Notes under the pieces: generated by a model
What the model saw: only the letters and a program-made list of their open reading frames with translations
Database searches by the model: none
Told to the model about the DNA's origin: nothing
Made by a program: the position numbers and the translations under genes
In this document: piece by piece, positions 18,806 through 28,299 of the stretch
How positions within the stretch are numbered: the first letter of the stretch is position 1
Layout of the letters: each line of letters opens with the position of its first letter
From: Enterobacter phage vB_ExiM_F4M1E
Length of the DNA: 64,000 nt
Strand: one strand, 5' to 3'
Sequence record: OL744216.1

Positions 18806-19477
18806 TTAATGATTGAAGTGGTAAACAGCCCGGGCAAACCCTTCGGGGGTCAGCGATCGTAACTGTTTGGTCCTCTCCGACTTACCGCCTAAAAACTTCC
18901 ACCCCCAGAAGCAGCCTATATGAGGTACAGGCTTCTTGTCGGGCATCACAAAGCCATTCCCTACCCAGAGGCAAGTTTTCTTTGTGTAGGCGTTCCTGTA
19001 CGGCATTTTTGGGTGATACGAGCCTTCAATCTGGCTCAGGTATCCGCCATACTCGTAAGGGTCGAAGTAATGGTCCGGCTTACGCCAGAGCGTACTCATT
19101 TTCCCAACCGGATTTTCAACCATCCACGGGCAGTCGAAAACGTTGGCAACACGCTCTACCATTTTAGCATTATCTATCGACTCCATCAACTCTGATTTTG
19201 TCCGGGTGTGTTTGGCCCCGGCAACTGACAGGTTGGTGCAGCTTGGGAATGCGAAGATGATGTCCGGCTTAGGGATGCCCGCACCCATCGCAAAGGCCAA
19301 GAAATCTTCGTCGATCCAGCAATTAACATACTGGATGTTTGGATGCTCCCGGCGCAGTTCATACTGCCCATGATCGGCGGTGTCTGCATTGAAGCAGAAC
19401 ACCTTCCAACCATTGAGGGCGTACTCGTACCCCATGAAGCCGGAGCCATCAAAGAGGCTCCAGACGACTTTAGACAT
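18806..19477 (-). CDS. DNA (cytosine-5)-methyltransferase
   Basis: motif I LFDGSG, motif IV FPSCTNLSVAG (PC), motif VI WMVENP (ENV); GAGGAA RBS at MSKVVW. Confidence 0.7.
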   Translation of the reverse strand: MSKVVWSLFDGSGFMGYEYALNGWKVFCFNADTADHGQYELRREHPNIQYVNCWIDEDFLAFAMGAGIPKPDIIFAFPSCTNLSVAGAKHTRTKSELMESIDNAKMVERVANVFDCPWMVENPVGKMSTLWRKPDHYFDPYEYGGYLSQIEGSYHPKMPYRNAYTKKTCLWVGNGFVMPDKKPVPHIGCFWGWKFLGGKSERTKQLRSLTPEGFARAVYHFNH

Positions 19478-19478
19478 A

Positions 19479-19733
19479 TTATTCCTCACAAACAGGGGCG
19501 ATGATGATACACGGGGTGTATACGGATCGGCCCTGACTATCTGTCAGGTTTACCTGACTCTGCCCATGAAGGATGTCTTCTTCATCCGCTGAGAAAGTAC
19601 CTGCACCATACTGAATCAGAAAACGAAGTTGAAGGATCAGGTAGATCGAATCCATACCGGAAGAGTCCAGCAGATCTTCCATATCGAAATCCACCATGAT
19701 TCGCTCTTTGTCCAAACGTACCCAATATTTCAT
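19479..19733 (-). CDS. hypothetical protein (start MKYWVRL)
   Basis: internal ATG with GAAGGGGA RBS. Confidence 0.4.
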   Translation of the reverse strand: MKYWVRLDKERIMVDFDMEDLLDSSGMDSIYLILQLRFLIQYGAGTFSADEEDILHGQSQVNLTDSQGRSVYTPCIIIAPVCEE

Positions 19734-19963
19734 AAATTTTCCCCTTCGATGTTTACGACCCGATCGTGATGAGATACTACGTACCCTGATGCCCGGCAGT
19801 TCCACGCCTCCAGGGCAGACATCGGTTTATATGTCCCCTCTATTTCTGCGAAGCACTCAAGGCACATAACCCGATCATTCATCCGAGTCTCTTTATTCCC
19901 CTTCGTCCAAGTCGCCGGGCTGGCGCAGAACGGACAGCCTTTGAGGATCATCTTCTTAGCCAT
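19730..19963 (-). CDS. zinc-ribbon protein (start MAKKMILKGCPFC)
   Basis: CPFC...CLEC; GGAGAG RBS. Confidence 0.45.
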   Translation of the reverse strand: MAKKMILKGCPFCASPATWTKGNKETRMNDRVMCLECFAEIEGTYKPMSALEAWNCRASGYVVSHHDRVVNIEGENL

Positions 19964-20138
19964 GAAGTCTCTCCAGTACGATCCCTGCTTCTTTTGCCTC
20001 TTTGACCGGAACATAACCGCCGTACCAATCGAGGATGAACTCTTTCCCACCACGGACGAACACTTGGTATCGCCCGTTCACCGTCAGCGCCGGGACCTTG
20101 CGGGTGGTGCTTACCACCCTTACTGTACCGCCCATCAT
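19956..20138 (-). CDS. hypothetical protein
   Basis: 60 aa, GAGGGG RBS. Confidence 0.4.
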   Translation of the reverse strand: MMGGTVRVVSTTRKVPALTVNGRYQVFVRGGKEFILDWYGGYVPVKEAKEAGIVLERLHG

Positions 20139-20303
20139 AGCACACCCCTCGACACCAGTCCACCAAAAGTCATCATGACCGCGATGAAGTTGACAGTGAA
20201 CACTATCCGGCTCCAGATCCCATCCCCGAACACTTGGGGCCAGTACACTGCAATCAGCATAAAGGCACCATTGGTGACGAGGGCAAGCATATCGAAATGG
20301 TCT
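20127..20303 (-). CDS. small membrane protein (about 58 aa, GTG start), absent from ORF track
   Basis: GGAAGGAG RBS then GTG; hydrophobic; stop overlaps downstream ATG (ATGA). Confidence 0.3.
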
Positions 20304-20660
20304 TTACTCACGGTTAACTCCTTCCACAGAAATGACTACCAACACCCTCAAAGCACACAAAAGTAGTGCCAGGCCAAAGGTGGATACTACGGCAACAACC
20401 AACACAGGAAGCATGTATAAGCAGCCTGTCATTATTGCACCTGCAAGCGCGGCAATCACAAGCTCAGGACCTTCCAGTTCAAAAGCTGCATCCCCGTACT
20501 TTTTGTAGTCATTCCTCAGCATTAAGAACAGGAAAATAAACGACCAAACCACAATACTGGTAACAACCCAATTGGCGTTGCAAACTGGCTCGATAAATGC
20601 CATCCACTTATCAAAGACGACACCAAAATTGTGGGCAATCCATTCAAACATAGCGATCAT
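20304..20660 (-). CDS. membrane protein (3-4 TM)
   Basis: very hydrophobic 118 aa. Confidence 0.5.
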   Translation of the reverse strand: MIAMFEWIAHNFGVVFDKWMAFIEPVCNANWVVTSIVVWSFIFLFLMLRNDYKKYGDAAFELEGPELVIAALAGAIMTGCLYMLPVLVVAVVSTFGLALLLCALRVLVVISVEGVNRE

Positions 20661-20956
20661 GATCCGTACCTCACCTCATATAAAAACGTATCCAAGTCGG
20701 TCTTATCGTCCCAACCTTCAATTGACAGTGGCATCAGGCAGTTGGCATCAACAACCAACATGTCTCCGGCCCGGTCAATGCTCTCCCACCACCCGAACTT
20801 ATCTTTCTCGACAAGGAACACCACCTTGCCTAAGAACTCCGGCTGACCGCCGTGAATAAGGGCGTACCCACCCGAGAAGAGTTCACCTTCCGGGGGCAGG
20901 CACTTGTCCTTCCGTCCCAAATCACTCATTCTCGTCAACCTCTGTAAAAGTTCCAA
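20657..20956 (-). CDS. hypothetical protein
   Basis: 99 aa ORF. Confidence 0.45.
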   Translation of the reverse strand: MELLQRLTRMSDLGRKDKCLPPEGELFSGGYALIHGGQPEFLGKVVFLVEKDKFGWWESIDRAGDMLVVDANCLMPLSIEGWDDKTDLDTFLYEVRYGS

Positions 20957-21116
20957 AGATCGAGTGCTTCGCCCCTACGAACGTCACGTCCCCGGGGAAA
21001 CGCTCAACGTTCCAAGCCTTGCCATTTGGAGCCGTGGCGAGGATTTTGTATTTCTTACCCGAGGTAAATACTTCCTCAAACCCCTTGTTTACCCGGCAGC
21101 ACATCAGCATTTTCAT
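20922..21116 (-). CDS. hypothetical protein
   Basis: 64 aa ORF. Confidence 0.4.
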   Translation of the reverse strand: MKMLMCCRVNKGFEEVFTSGKKYKILATAPNGKAWNVERFPGDVTFVGAKHSIFGTFTEVDENE

Positions 21117-21322
21117 TTCTTTGCTTTCCTCTTTGATTGTGGCTCACATACCCGCGCCCGATAAGCATTGTACTCAACATAGCGCCAAGTCTTCTTTAAG
21201 TGCTCTACCAGTTCCTTCAGGTTCTCTTCATCCCTTGCCCAGCCGCAGACGTAATAACAGTCGCCAACTGACATTCGACACTTAACACTGTAATGGGTTT
21301 CAAAATCCTTGTCAAGCATCAT
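21113..21322 (-). CDS. hypothetical protein
   Basis: 69 aa ORF. Confidence 0.45.
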   Translation of the reverse strand: MMLDKDFETHYSVKCRMSVGDCYYVCGWARDEENLKELVEHLKKTWRYVEYNAYRARVCEPQSKRKAKK

Positions 21323-21494
21323 ATCTCCCCACTATCTCATCCCCAAGCCGGGCAGTCTGCTTAATCTCTTCGAGAATGTAAGAGGCATGTTCCTTACTGA
21401 TCGCCATAATGCTGAAGGAGAACTTCCGGCCCTCTACATCGTTCCACTCGATCGAGTATTCTTTCCACTCCCGTCCCTCCACGATAACACTCAT
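21312..21494 (-). CDS. hypothetical protein
   Basis: 60 aa ORF. Confidence 0.4.
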   Translation of the reverse strand: MSVIVEGREWKEYSIEWNDVEGRKFSFSIMAISKEHASYILEEIKQTARLGDEIVGRYDA

Positions 21495-21630
21495 TTGAGC
21501 ATCTCTCCGATCATTAGTCCTGTTATCATGATCTCTAATGCACCGAGCATCATCACAATGATCCAGATAACCTCGTCAACAGGTCGTCTTCCGAAGCAAT
21601 GGGCCATCAATGTCGTCAAGAAAGTGATCA
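21491..21630 (-). CDS. small membrane protein (46 aa), absent from ORF track
   Basis: GGCGGAGGAA RBS; hydrophobic; ATGA overlaps on both sides. Confidence 0.35.
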
Positions 21631-21924
21631 TAATCCCAGTTCCTCCGCCGAGTAGATGTCGTTTCCGGCGTAGCCTTGGAACAGTACCATCACTGGGTCA
21701 CAGCGACCCTTGGTGGACATGAAACGGGACTTCTCGGCATTCACCAGATAGACATCTTTGTTCACCGGGAAGGTCTTTGGCTGACCCATGCCGGGCGTTG
21801 ACACCGTGATACGGCTGTGCTTAGGGATCTTTTTGACGACTTCTACCTGCTTTCCGACCAGCGATTCGATCCCTTCACGTTCTGCTACCATATCCCGCAC
21901 TACAGGGACCATTAATTTTACCAT
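21628..21924 (-). CDS. hypothetical protein
   Basis: 98 aa ORF. Confidence 0.45.
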   Translation of the reverse strand: MVKLMVPVVRDMVAEREGIESLVGKQVEVVKKIPKHSRITVSTPGMGQPKTFPVNKDVYLVNAEKSRFMSTKGRCDPVMVLFQGYAGNDIYSAEELGL

Positions 21925-21984
21925 GATATCCTCCTCCTCTTGGGTAATACTTGAAGTCTACAGAAGTTATTGCGGGGTGTCAAA

Positions 21985-22012
21985 CGAAAAAAGGCCCCCG
22001 AAGGGACCTTTT
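21985..22012 (-). terminator. rho-independent terminator (possibly bidirectional)
   Basis: AAGGcCCC-cgaa-GGGaCCTT stem with T-runs on both sides. Confidence 0.55.
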
Positions 22013-22013
22013 A

Positions 22014-22538
22014 TTATTCTGCCGCTGCTTCCGGCATTGCTTCAGCAACTTCCGGCTCCGGAGTGAATACACGGAAAGAGGTTTCTGTCTCGATAGAGAA
22101 ACGGTCATTGTGCCGACGCAGGAATGCGTATACCGAACGGGCCTGCGTGTTTGCGTACATGATCATATCTGCCGGATGGAACTCCAAACAGGAGTGGCCT
22201 GACGCCTGCACACGCTGAATAACGTTATTCGCCTGCACGGTGATCACTTGGGCGATAAAGTTACGCAGTTCGGTAGATGCTGTTCCGGTACGAACAAACT
22301 CCGACAGATGCGGATAGAGATATTGTGGCACATTCCGATCCAGCGGGTAGAACTGCGAGTCGTTCGGCACAGACGTCGAGAAGGTCACCTTCACCGAGTT
22401 ACCAAGATTCTGCAAGATCGCATTCTCAAAAGCGGTTGTCACAATGTCAGTGATGTCCACAACCGCACCATTTTTCATCGGTGGGATGTCAAAATCGTTA
22501 CGTTCGCCACCACGTTGACGTTCAATAATCATAAACAC
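22014..22538 (-). CDS. hypothetical protein
   Basis: 174 aa ORF after primase-helicase. Confidence 0.55.
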   Translation of the reverse strand: MFMIIERQRGGERNDFDIPPMKNGAVVDITDIVTTAFENAILQNLGNSVKVTFSTSVPNDSQFYPLDRNVPQYLYPHLSEFVRTGTASTELRNFIAQVITVQANNVIQRVQASGHSCLEFHPADMIMYANTQARSVYAFLRRHNDRFSIETETSFRVFTPEPEVAEAMPEAAAE

Positions 22539-22540
22539 CT

Positions 22541-22566
22541 CAAGTTAAATGGGGCCGAAGCCCCGT
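22541..22566. repeat. intergenic GGGGC-cgaa-GCCCC hairpin (palindrome family)
   Basis: GC hairpin immediately after primase-helicase stop, no strong T-run. Confidence 0.4.
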
Positions 22567-22568
22567 TA

Positions 22569-24641
22569 TCAGAACGGACACTCATCATCCATGTCATCTT
22601 CAGGCATGTCCGGAACATCCGGGATGTCTGGTATTGCAGAAGTTACTGGCTGAATAGGTTCAGGGGTTTCCTCCTTTACCTCTTCAACGGGTTCGTCCAG
22701 GTTCAGGTCTTGCTGCTCAACCTGCTGTTCCTTGGCCTCTTCCTGTGCTGCCAAGAACTGCTCGTCCGCCGGAGGGATGTCATCATCCGTCAGGTCAGAT
22801 CCGGTCTTATCTTGGTTCTCCGGAGAGAGCGGTTGTGCTGCACTTCCCGTCGGCTCCTGATAAGAAGCGTTGCTCGGATCATGTTCCGGGTGGACCGCAT
22901 ACCACTCACGGAGAGTTTCGTATGGACTGTCCAAGAACCCTTCAGGCGGCTCCAGATAATCTCCCGTATCAATGTCATAAAACACCGGGAACTTACCAGC
23001 ACGACCGTGTTTACGGTCATCCAGGATAACGAACCACGACGTGTTACGCTGCTTCATCGGCAACTCTGGGTCTTTGTTACGCTCGATGCCCCACATGTAG
23101 TAGGTGTTACGCATCATTGCACGGGACCCGGCGAACTGTGCCGACTGCACCTGACCGCCGAACTCGTGCGGCTTACCCGCTTCCGGTTTGTTCAGGTGAC
23201 AGAAGCAATAATACGTGAAGCCCAGTTCTTTTGCAAGTTTGGAGATCTCATCCGAGAAACGCTCCAGTTCCTGGTTTGCCTCAGATGCCGACATACCCTG
23301 TACCAGACGGGTGATCGGGTCGATGAAGATGTCCTCACAACCTTCCACGATGACGGCATGTCGGATTGCACCTTTCAGTTCATCCCATACTGCACGACCG
23401 TAGTTGTTGTAGTAGATGACAGAATCACCAACTTCATCCGTTGCTGCGATCAGTTCTTCCTGTTTGAAGTAACCGCGCTGGCCCTCGAACACCTCGTTGC
23501 CCCAGATGTCACGATAGGTTCCATCTTCCTGCGGGATCATCACCTTCTCTGCGTTAACAAAGTCCTTGTGATAACGCTTCCCGGCAATCTTCTTACAAGT
23601 GATCTCGTTCTCTTCCTCGAACTTGAACACTGCGGCCTTGGCCTTCTCCACCCCGGTGATGTATTCGACCATCTGGTTGAGGAGTTCACTCTTACCCATC
23701 TTAACGCCTGCGCCGATGAAGTAACCTTCACCTTTACGACGGCCCAGTGTCAGGCGGGTCATAGTAGGCCACGGGAATTTCTTCCCGAGCTTAGGGATCT
23801 CGTGGGCCTTATCTCGGAACTGGCTGTACGTAGAGAACCCGTCCGGCACATATTCCTTCGGCTTCATCGCGGCCCAGAAAAGCTGCTGCGCCAGGCCCTT
23901 GTTGTACATGTCACAAGGGTCCATGTCTTCAGGGATATCGACCACTTTCATCTGCGGGATAACGGAATACACCGCTGCCACAGCGTCTTTACCCTTCATG
24001 ATCCCCTTGGCTTTCTCAGTTTCGTTCGCCCGGTCGGCGTCGAAAGCCACAATGATCTCTTCGAACTTACTCAGGAGCTTATAGTTGTTCTTCTGAGACA
24101 GGTTCTGTACTGCGTTGGATGTGCCGTTGGAGATTGACACAACCGTGAAGTTAGGCTTACGGGAATTGCCGTCCTTCGATTTGTAGTTCTCGCGGAGAAC
24201 TTGCCACAGAATCGCTGCATCGTACTCACCTTCGGTGATGAAGATCATACGCTTGGACGACTTGTTGGCACCCTCCAGGCCAAACAGATCACAGGCTACC
24301 GATTGGAAGCCGATGGTGCTGAAATGGCCCTTCTGCTGCTTAGGGATGGTCAGATCGCGCTTCTTAAAGCCAACGATCTTTCCTTCCAAAGTATATGGAA
24401 AATAATGCGCTTCCGGCGTCATACCGTCCTTAGCAGACAGTTTTGTGCGAATACCGAAGCGTTCAGCCGTCTTCTCATCAATCCCGCGCTCCGGGATCGC
24501 CTTGAAGGGATACGTCTTTACATCTTCAACTGTCTCTTCAACTCGCTGCACTCCGCCTCCAAAACCCCGTGTGGTTGACGCCTTCGGGTTGGTGTACCCC
24601 GTCTTGTAGCCACCGAACAATCCTTCACCAAATGTGCTCAC
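22569..24641 (-). CDS. bifunctional primase-helicase (TOPRIM primase + DnaB-like helicase, T7 gp4-like)
   Basis: TOPRIM ITEGEYDA and AFDADRANE; Walker A GAGVKMGKSELLN; C-terminal acidic tail. Confidence 0.85.
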   Translation of the reverse strand: MSTFGEGLFGGYKTGYTNPKASTTRGFGGGVQRVEETVEDVKTYPFKAIPERGIDEKTAERFGIRTKLSAKDGMTPEAHYFPYTLEGKIVGFKKRDLTIPKQQKGHFSTIGFQSVACDLFGLEGANKSSKRMIFITEGEYDAAILWQVLRENYKSKDGNSRKPNFTVVSISNGTSNAVQNLSQKNNYKLLSKFEEIIVAFDADRANETEKAKGIMKGKDAVAAVYSVIPQMKVVDIPEDMDPCDMYNKGLAQQLFWAAMKPKEYVPDGFSTYSQFRDKAHEIPKLGKKFPWPTMTRLTLGRRKGEGYFIGAGVKMGKSELLNQMVEYITGVEKAKAAVFKFEEENEITCKKIAGKRYHKDFVNAEKVMIPQEDGTYRDIWGNEVFEGQRGYFKQEELIAATDEVGDSVIYYNNYGRAVWDELKGAIRHAVIVEGCEDIFIDPITRLVQGMSASEANQELERFSDEISKLAKELGFTYYCFCHLNKPEAGKPHEFGGQVQSAQFAGSRAMMRNTYYMWGIERNKDPELPMKQRNTSWFVILDDRKHGRAGKFPVFYDIDTGDYLEPPEGFLDSPYETLREWYAVHPEHDPSNASYQEPTGSAAQPLSPENQDKTGSDLTDDDIPPADEQFLAAQEEAKEQQVEQQDLNLDEPVEEVKEETPEPIQPVTSAIPDIPDVPDMPEDDMDDECPF

Positions 24642-24651
24642 ACTTCCCCCT

Positions 24652-24805
24652 TAGTCAACGTTGCAACGTAAATCGTATTGCCGTGCATGTTGACACCAAC
24701 AGTGACCGGGCCTTTGAGTGAATAATCAAACTCATTGACCCACTTCTTGATGTTGGTTTGCAACTCAATCGGGTTTGTGTAAACCAGAATCTTAACTTCC
24801 ATCAA
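24652..24805 (-). CDS. small protein (50 aa), absent from ORF track
   Basis: MEVKILVYTNPIELQ... ORF between primase gene and next gene; weak G-run RBS. Confidence 0.3.
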
Positions 24806-25077
24806 AAACCCCCGTCTTCTTCCAAAAACGCACGTGACATTTCGGCATCACGAATTTGAGCCGAGATCTCAGCATAAATCACTTGACGGGGAATGTCAAT
24901 GTCCAGCACATCACCTTCGAAGTAGACGGCAACCGAAATGATGTCGAGGTAATCCTCAGCATCCCAGTCGCTTGCGGCATTAGGAATGCCCTTATACAGC
25001 ATCACTTCGGCTTCGACTACAACTTCCTGACCGAAATCCTTGTGAAAATATGGGAACTCTACAGTTGTGCTACGCAT
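24802..25077 (-). CDS. hypothetical acidic protein
   Basis: 91 aa ORF. Confidence 0.45.
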   Translation of the reverse strand: MRSTTVEFPYFHKDFGQEVVVEAEVMLYKGIPNAASDWDAEDYLDIISVAVYFEGDVLDIDIPRQVIYAEISAQIRDAEMSRAFLEEDGGF

Positions 25078-25112
25078 GATAACTCCTTATTGATGATTTC
25101 TTAACTGATCTG

Positions 25113-25304
25113 TTACTTCTTGCCGGAAATTTGGTCTTCTCTGACCTGTGTTTTAACTCCATCCGGCATTTCGACCAGATAAGCATTGCAGGTCAGGTAT
25201 TCCTGTTGAAGCAGGACCTTACCTTCCCCGCGATAATCCCAGCGCTGATTGCCCTGGTCAAAGAGAACAACGTCGTTGATCTCATACGCAAAAACAGGTT
25301 TCAC
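25113..25304 (-). CDS. hypothetical protein (GTG start MKPVFAYE)
   Basis: TGGGAGC RBS then GTG. Confidence 0.4.
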   Translation of the reverse strand: MKPVFAYEINDVVLFDQGNQRWDYRGEGKVLLQQEYLTCNAYLVEMPDGVKTQVREDQISGKK

Positions 25305-25480
25305 CAGATATGCTCCCAATACCTACCATCGTTAGTAACGATGTGTGAATAACCAACCCGGACACACACCACCCGGCGAGCGTCGATATTCTTGGCAGTG
25401 ATCACCCTGATGTACGGCAAACCGACAATAAGAATGAACAAGGATACCATGAATATTGCCAAAGGAATAAGCATAATCAT
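25301..25480 (-). CDS. small membrane protein (59 aa), absent from ORF track
   Basis: GGTGGAG RBS; MIMLIPLAIFMVSLFILIVGLPYI... TM helix; stop overlaps downstream GTG. Confidence 0.3.
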   Translation of the reverse strand: MIMLIPLAIFMVSLFILIVGLPYIRVITAKNIDARRVVCVRVGYSHIVTNDGRYWEHIW

Positions 25481-25692
25481 CGGAACTCCACCGCAGATAC
25501 CTTTTCGAAACCATCCTCTGCGAGGTGCTTTTCGAACAGCTTCAGTAAACGTTCAGGGGTCGTACAGGCGCTCCCCGGGTAAATCAACCACATATAACCC
25601 TCAGCACAGTTCAGGTTGATGGCGTACCCAAGGCCAGCGGCCCGATCAAAATCCCCTTCACCCTTCTTCACCAAACAACGGACATCTTTCAT
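25477..25692 (-). CDS. hypothetical protein
   Basis: 71 aa ORF. Confidence 0.4.
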   Translation of the reverse strand: MKDVRCLVKKGEGDFDRAAGLGYAINLNCAEGYMWLIYPGSACTTPERLLKLFEKHLAEDGFEKVSAVEFR

Positions 25693-25988
25693 GTTGGCCT
25701 CGTGTGTGGATGATCAGGGGCAACATACCCGGAGATAATCTGCACGAGGTGGGTACGCATCTGTTGCGTGGCCCCGTACTTATTCATCGCCGACATGATG
25801 TCGATGATCATTTGGTTGAACAAATGAGGCTTCAGTCGAGGAGTTTCACGCTCACGCTGTAAAAGCTCCTCAATCGCGCTCTCAGCGATTTCTGCCATTT
25901 GCTGGGCGTTTCCATGACATGCCTCGTCAAAACGCTCCCAGTGGCGATCTGCGGTCATTCTGACCCTATTCTGCTGCTCGCTTCCCAC
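25689..25988 (-). CDS. hypothetical protein
   Basis: 99 aa ORF. Confidence 0.45.
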   Translation of the reverse strand: MGSEQQNRVRMTADRHWERFDEACHGNAQQMAEIAESAIEELLQRERETPRLKPHLFNQMIIDIMSAMNKYGATQQMRTHLVQIISGYVAPDHPHTRPT

Positions 25989-26130
25989 GGATCTCGATCT
26001 CCAGCTTAATGTTGATCAACATCTGTTCCAAGTCTGCCTTTTGCTTCTCTACACGGCGAAGATCATCACGGCCCAGATCACGCAGGGCCAGAAGGTGACT
26101 CATGGACAGATTGCTCAGGTCTTTAGTCAT
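25966..26130 (-). CDS. small coiled-coil protein (start MTKDLSNLS)
   Basis: TGAGGAG RBS; ATGACTAA overlap with upstream stop. Confidence 0.4.
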   Translation of the reverse strand: MTKDLSNLSMSHLLALRDLGRDDLRRVEKQKADLEQMLINIKLEIEIRGKRAAE

Positions 26131-26551
26131 TGAGAGACTCCTCATATTTTTCCACCAAAGCATCAACAAAGTGGGCATGGTGAATACATGCAGATGCACA
26201 TCCGTCTTTGTGAAGCTCTTCAGAGATTTCTCTACGAAGTTCTGCCGCAGGACCAACAATATTGCGGACGTGTTTGTCAAACGACTCCCAAGCGTTGGCC
26301 CGGCCCTCTTTGCCGGGGTCTCGTTTCGCCGTGTCGATTACGAAACAACCCTCGCCCCGGCGAAGCTCGTCGGAAGAAGAACGGTACATGGACCCGGTTT
26401 TACCGGAGAAGAAAACGGATTTCTCCGTCATCTTCGTAATCACCGCCATCTCGAACGGCTTGGCTCCGGCGTTACCCCGGGAAAAGGCGATGTGGTCACC
26501 CACACGCGCCTCAATTCCGAAACAGTCCTTAATCACCACACACCTCGACAT
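26123..26551 (-). CDS. hypothetical protein (start MSRCVVIKD)
   Basis: 143 aa ORF. Confidence 0.45.
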   Translation of the reverse strand: MSRCVVIKDCFGIEARVGDHIAFSRGNAGAKPFEMAVITKMTEKSVFFSGKTGSMYRSSSDELRRGEGCFVIDTAKRDPGKEGRANAWESFDKHVRNIVGPAAELRREISEELHKDGCASACIHHAHFVDALVEKYEESLND

Positions 26552-26747
26552 CAGTTTCGAAACAGAAGAAGCCCTCGCATACCGTGCCGTCTTGGCGGGT
26601 AAAGTTGACGATGACCTCATCGTCGTCGGCGTCAATAGAGACTACGACGCCCTTATCCCCCGGATTAACCCCGTCGAGGCTGTAATCTTGCAGGTTTTCC
26701 GGATTGAAGATAACCTTTTCGCCTACCGCTACCAGTTTGTTGCTCAT
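26529..26747 (-). CDS. hypothetical acidic protein
   Basis: 72 aa ORF. Confidence 0.4.
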   Translation of the reverse strand: MSNKLVAVGEKVIFNPENLQDYSLDGVNPGDKGVVVSIDADDDEVIVNFTRQDGTVCEGFFCFETDVEVCGD

Positions 26748-28105
26748 ACCTCACCTCCAAAAATTTCAGGGAACGTTTCATGATAGAACTTACGGACACC
26801 CTGGTCAACAATAATGTCCTTCACACGCAGGCGCTTCATCAGGCGAAGACCTTCAGTGCTCGTTGCTCGGGACAGCATAACATAGGCTTGGCCCGGCGTG
26901 AAGGTGCCGAAACCTAAATCAATGTTCACTTTGCCCAGCGTCAGGCCCTGTGCTTTGTGTCCGGTGATAGCATAGCCCAATTTGAACGGGAATTGCAAGT
27001 ATTTCCCGATCTCTTTGTCAACCAGAACGGTTTGCTTCTCCATCACCTTGACAGTCTGCTTGGTGCCGTCTTCCAGTTCGATCTCTTTTTCAACCTGAAC
27101 CATCTTTTCTTCCGGGACCTGTGTCACGTTGGTCCACTCGTACTTGCCGATATGGATCGGCTTGCCGTCAATGTCCACGATGACGAAGGTCTTGGCGATT
27201 TTCTTGATGATCCCTACCGTACCGTTAACGTAATCTGGCTCCTTTTTCTTCTGGTCATTGTCGTTCACAACGATCATGACCTTCAGACCTTCTTTCAGGT
27301 TCAGAACTTCGTTGACCGGGCGCTCCGGGAACTCACCTGAGATCTTGGCTTCGAAAACATGAGGCTCGGCCTTGATCTTCTCAAACTCGCGCTGATTGAT
27401 TTGCTCTGCCAGTTTGTTGGTGGTTGTCAGAGTGACAGCACCTGGCAACGCCGGGCCGAAGCACTTCTCGTTGAAGTAATCAACTGCCGCACCAACATTA
27501 TTACCCACACGAATGTTGTTCAGGTGTTCAGCAAACACCGGGTCGGTCTGTCGGTGGACCTTCGGCAGATACGCATTCGTGAAATTCAGTTCGTTCCAGA
27601 TATCGCAGCCGAACGGGATTTCATTACCATGCAATTCACGGAACATCGCCGTTTCTTCACGCTTCAGCACAGGCTTGATCTGGAAGCCGTCGCCAAACAT
27701 GATGACCTGAAGACCACCAAAAGGCTTATTTACCTTACGATGATAGCGCAGTTTCATGTCGATCTCACGCAGCTTGTCACTACGGGTCATAGAGATCTCG
27801 TCAAAGACGATAGCATCTAACGCATCTGACGCCATCAGCATCGCAGGCTTCTTAGACTTCGCTTTGTAGTCTTCCTTGGTTGTAACACCAAAGGTAAGGC
27901 CAAATGCCTTATGGGTGGTAATGCCGTTAATATTCAGCGCCGCAATCCCGGTTGGTGCAACAAACAGGAAGCTGTCGGCAAAGAACTCACGCAGAGTGGC
28001 GATCATCAAACTCTTGCCCGAACCACCCGGGCCTGTGATGAACACGTTTTCACCTGCCATGATGGCTCGCATTGCTTCTTCGTTACCAATTACTGTCTTA
28101 CCCAT
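26744..28105 (-). CDS. SF1B DNA helicase (Dda/RecD/Pif1-like)
   Basis: Walker A GPGGSGKS, Walker B IVFDEISM, motif III FGDGFQIKPV. Confidence 0.8.
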   Translation of the reverse strand: MGKTVIGNEEAMRAIMAGENVFITGPGGSGKSLMIATLREFFADSFLFVAPTGIAALNINGITTHKAFGLTFGVTTKEDYKAKSKKPAMLMASDALDAIVFDEISMTRSDKLREIDMKLRYHRKVNKPFGGLQVIMFGDGFQIKPVLKREETAMFRELHGNEIPFGCDIWNELNFTNAYLPKVHRQTDPVFAEHLNNIRVGNNVGAAVDYFNEKCFGPALPGAVTLTTTNKLAEQINQREFEKIKAEPHVFEAKISGEFPERPVNEVLNLKEGLKVMIVVNDNDQKKKEPDYVNGTVGIIKKIAKTFVIVDIDGKPIHIGKYEWTNVTQVPEEKMVQVEKEIELEDGTKQTVKVMEKQTVLVDKEIGKYLQFPFKLGYAITGHKAQGLTLGKVNIDLGFGTFTPGQAYVMLSRATSTEGLRLMKRLRVKDIIVDQGVRKFYHETFPEIFGGEV

Positions 28106-28290
28106 TACGCCTCTGCCTCAAATTTTGTGGTACTGATGATTTTGGCCTCACTGATTTCAATATTCGTGTGACCTTTCTTCGCCAAACGGCTGGCCTTCAG
28201 TGTTGCCGCCTGCGGATCGTCAACCTTGGCGCGAACGCTTTGACCATAGCCCGCATCGGATGATACCAGAAAAACAGACTTCTCTTCCAT
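28105..28290 (-). CDS. hypothetical protein
   Basis: 61 aa ORF. Confidence 0.4.
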   Translation of the reverse strand: MEEKSVFLVSSDAGYGQSVRAKVDDPQAATLKASRLAKKGHTNIEISEAKIISTTKFEAEA

Positions 28291-28299
28291 AAAACCCCC

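Noticed and set aside
22248-24137. 629-aa plus-strand ORF (and similar long antisense ORFs 10325-11212, 13883-14566, 15272-16036, 38463-38837 etc.)
   Set aside because: They lie antisense to well-supported genes (primase-helicase, polymerase, large protein). They lack an RBS and have low-complexity Arg/Leu composition typical of GC-frame artefacts.
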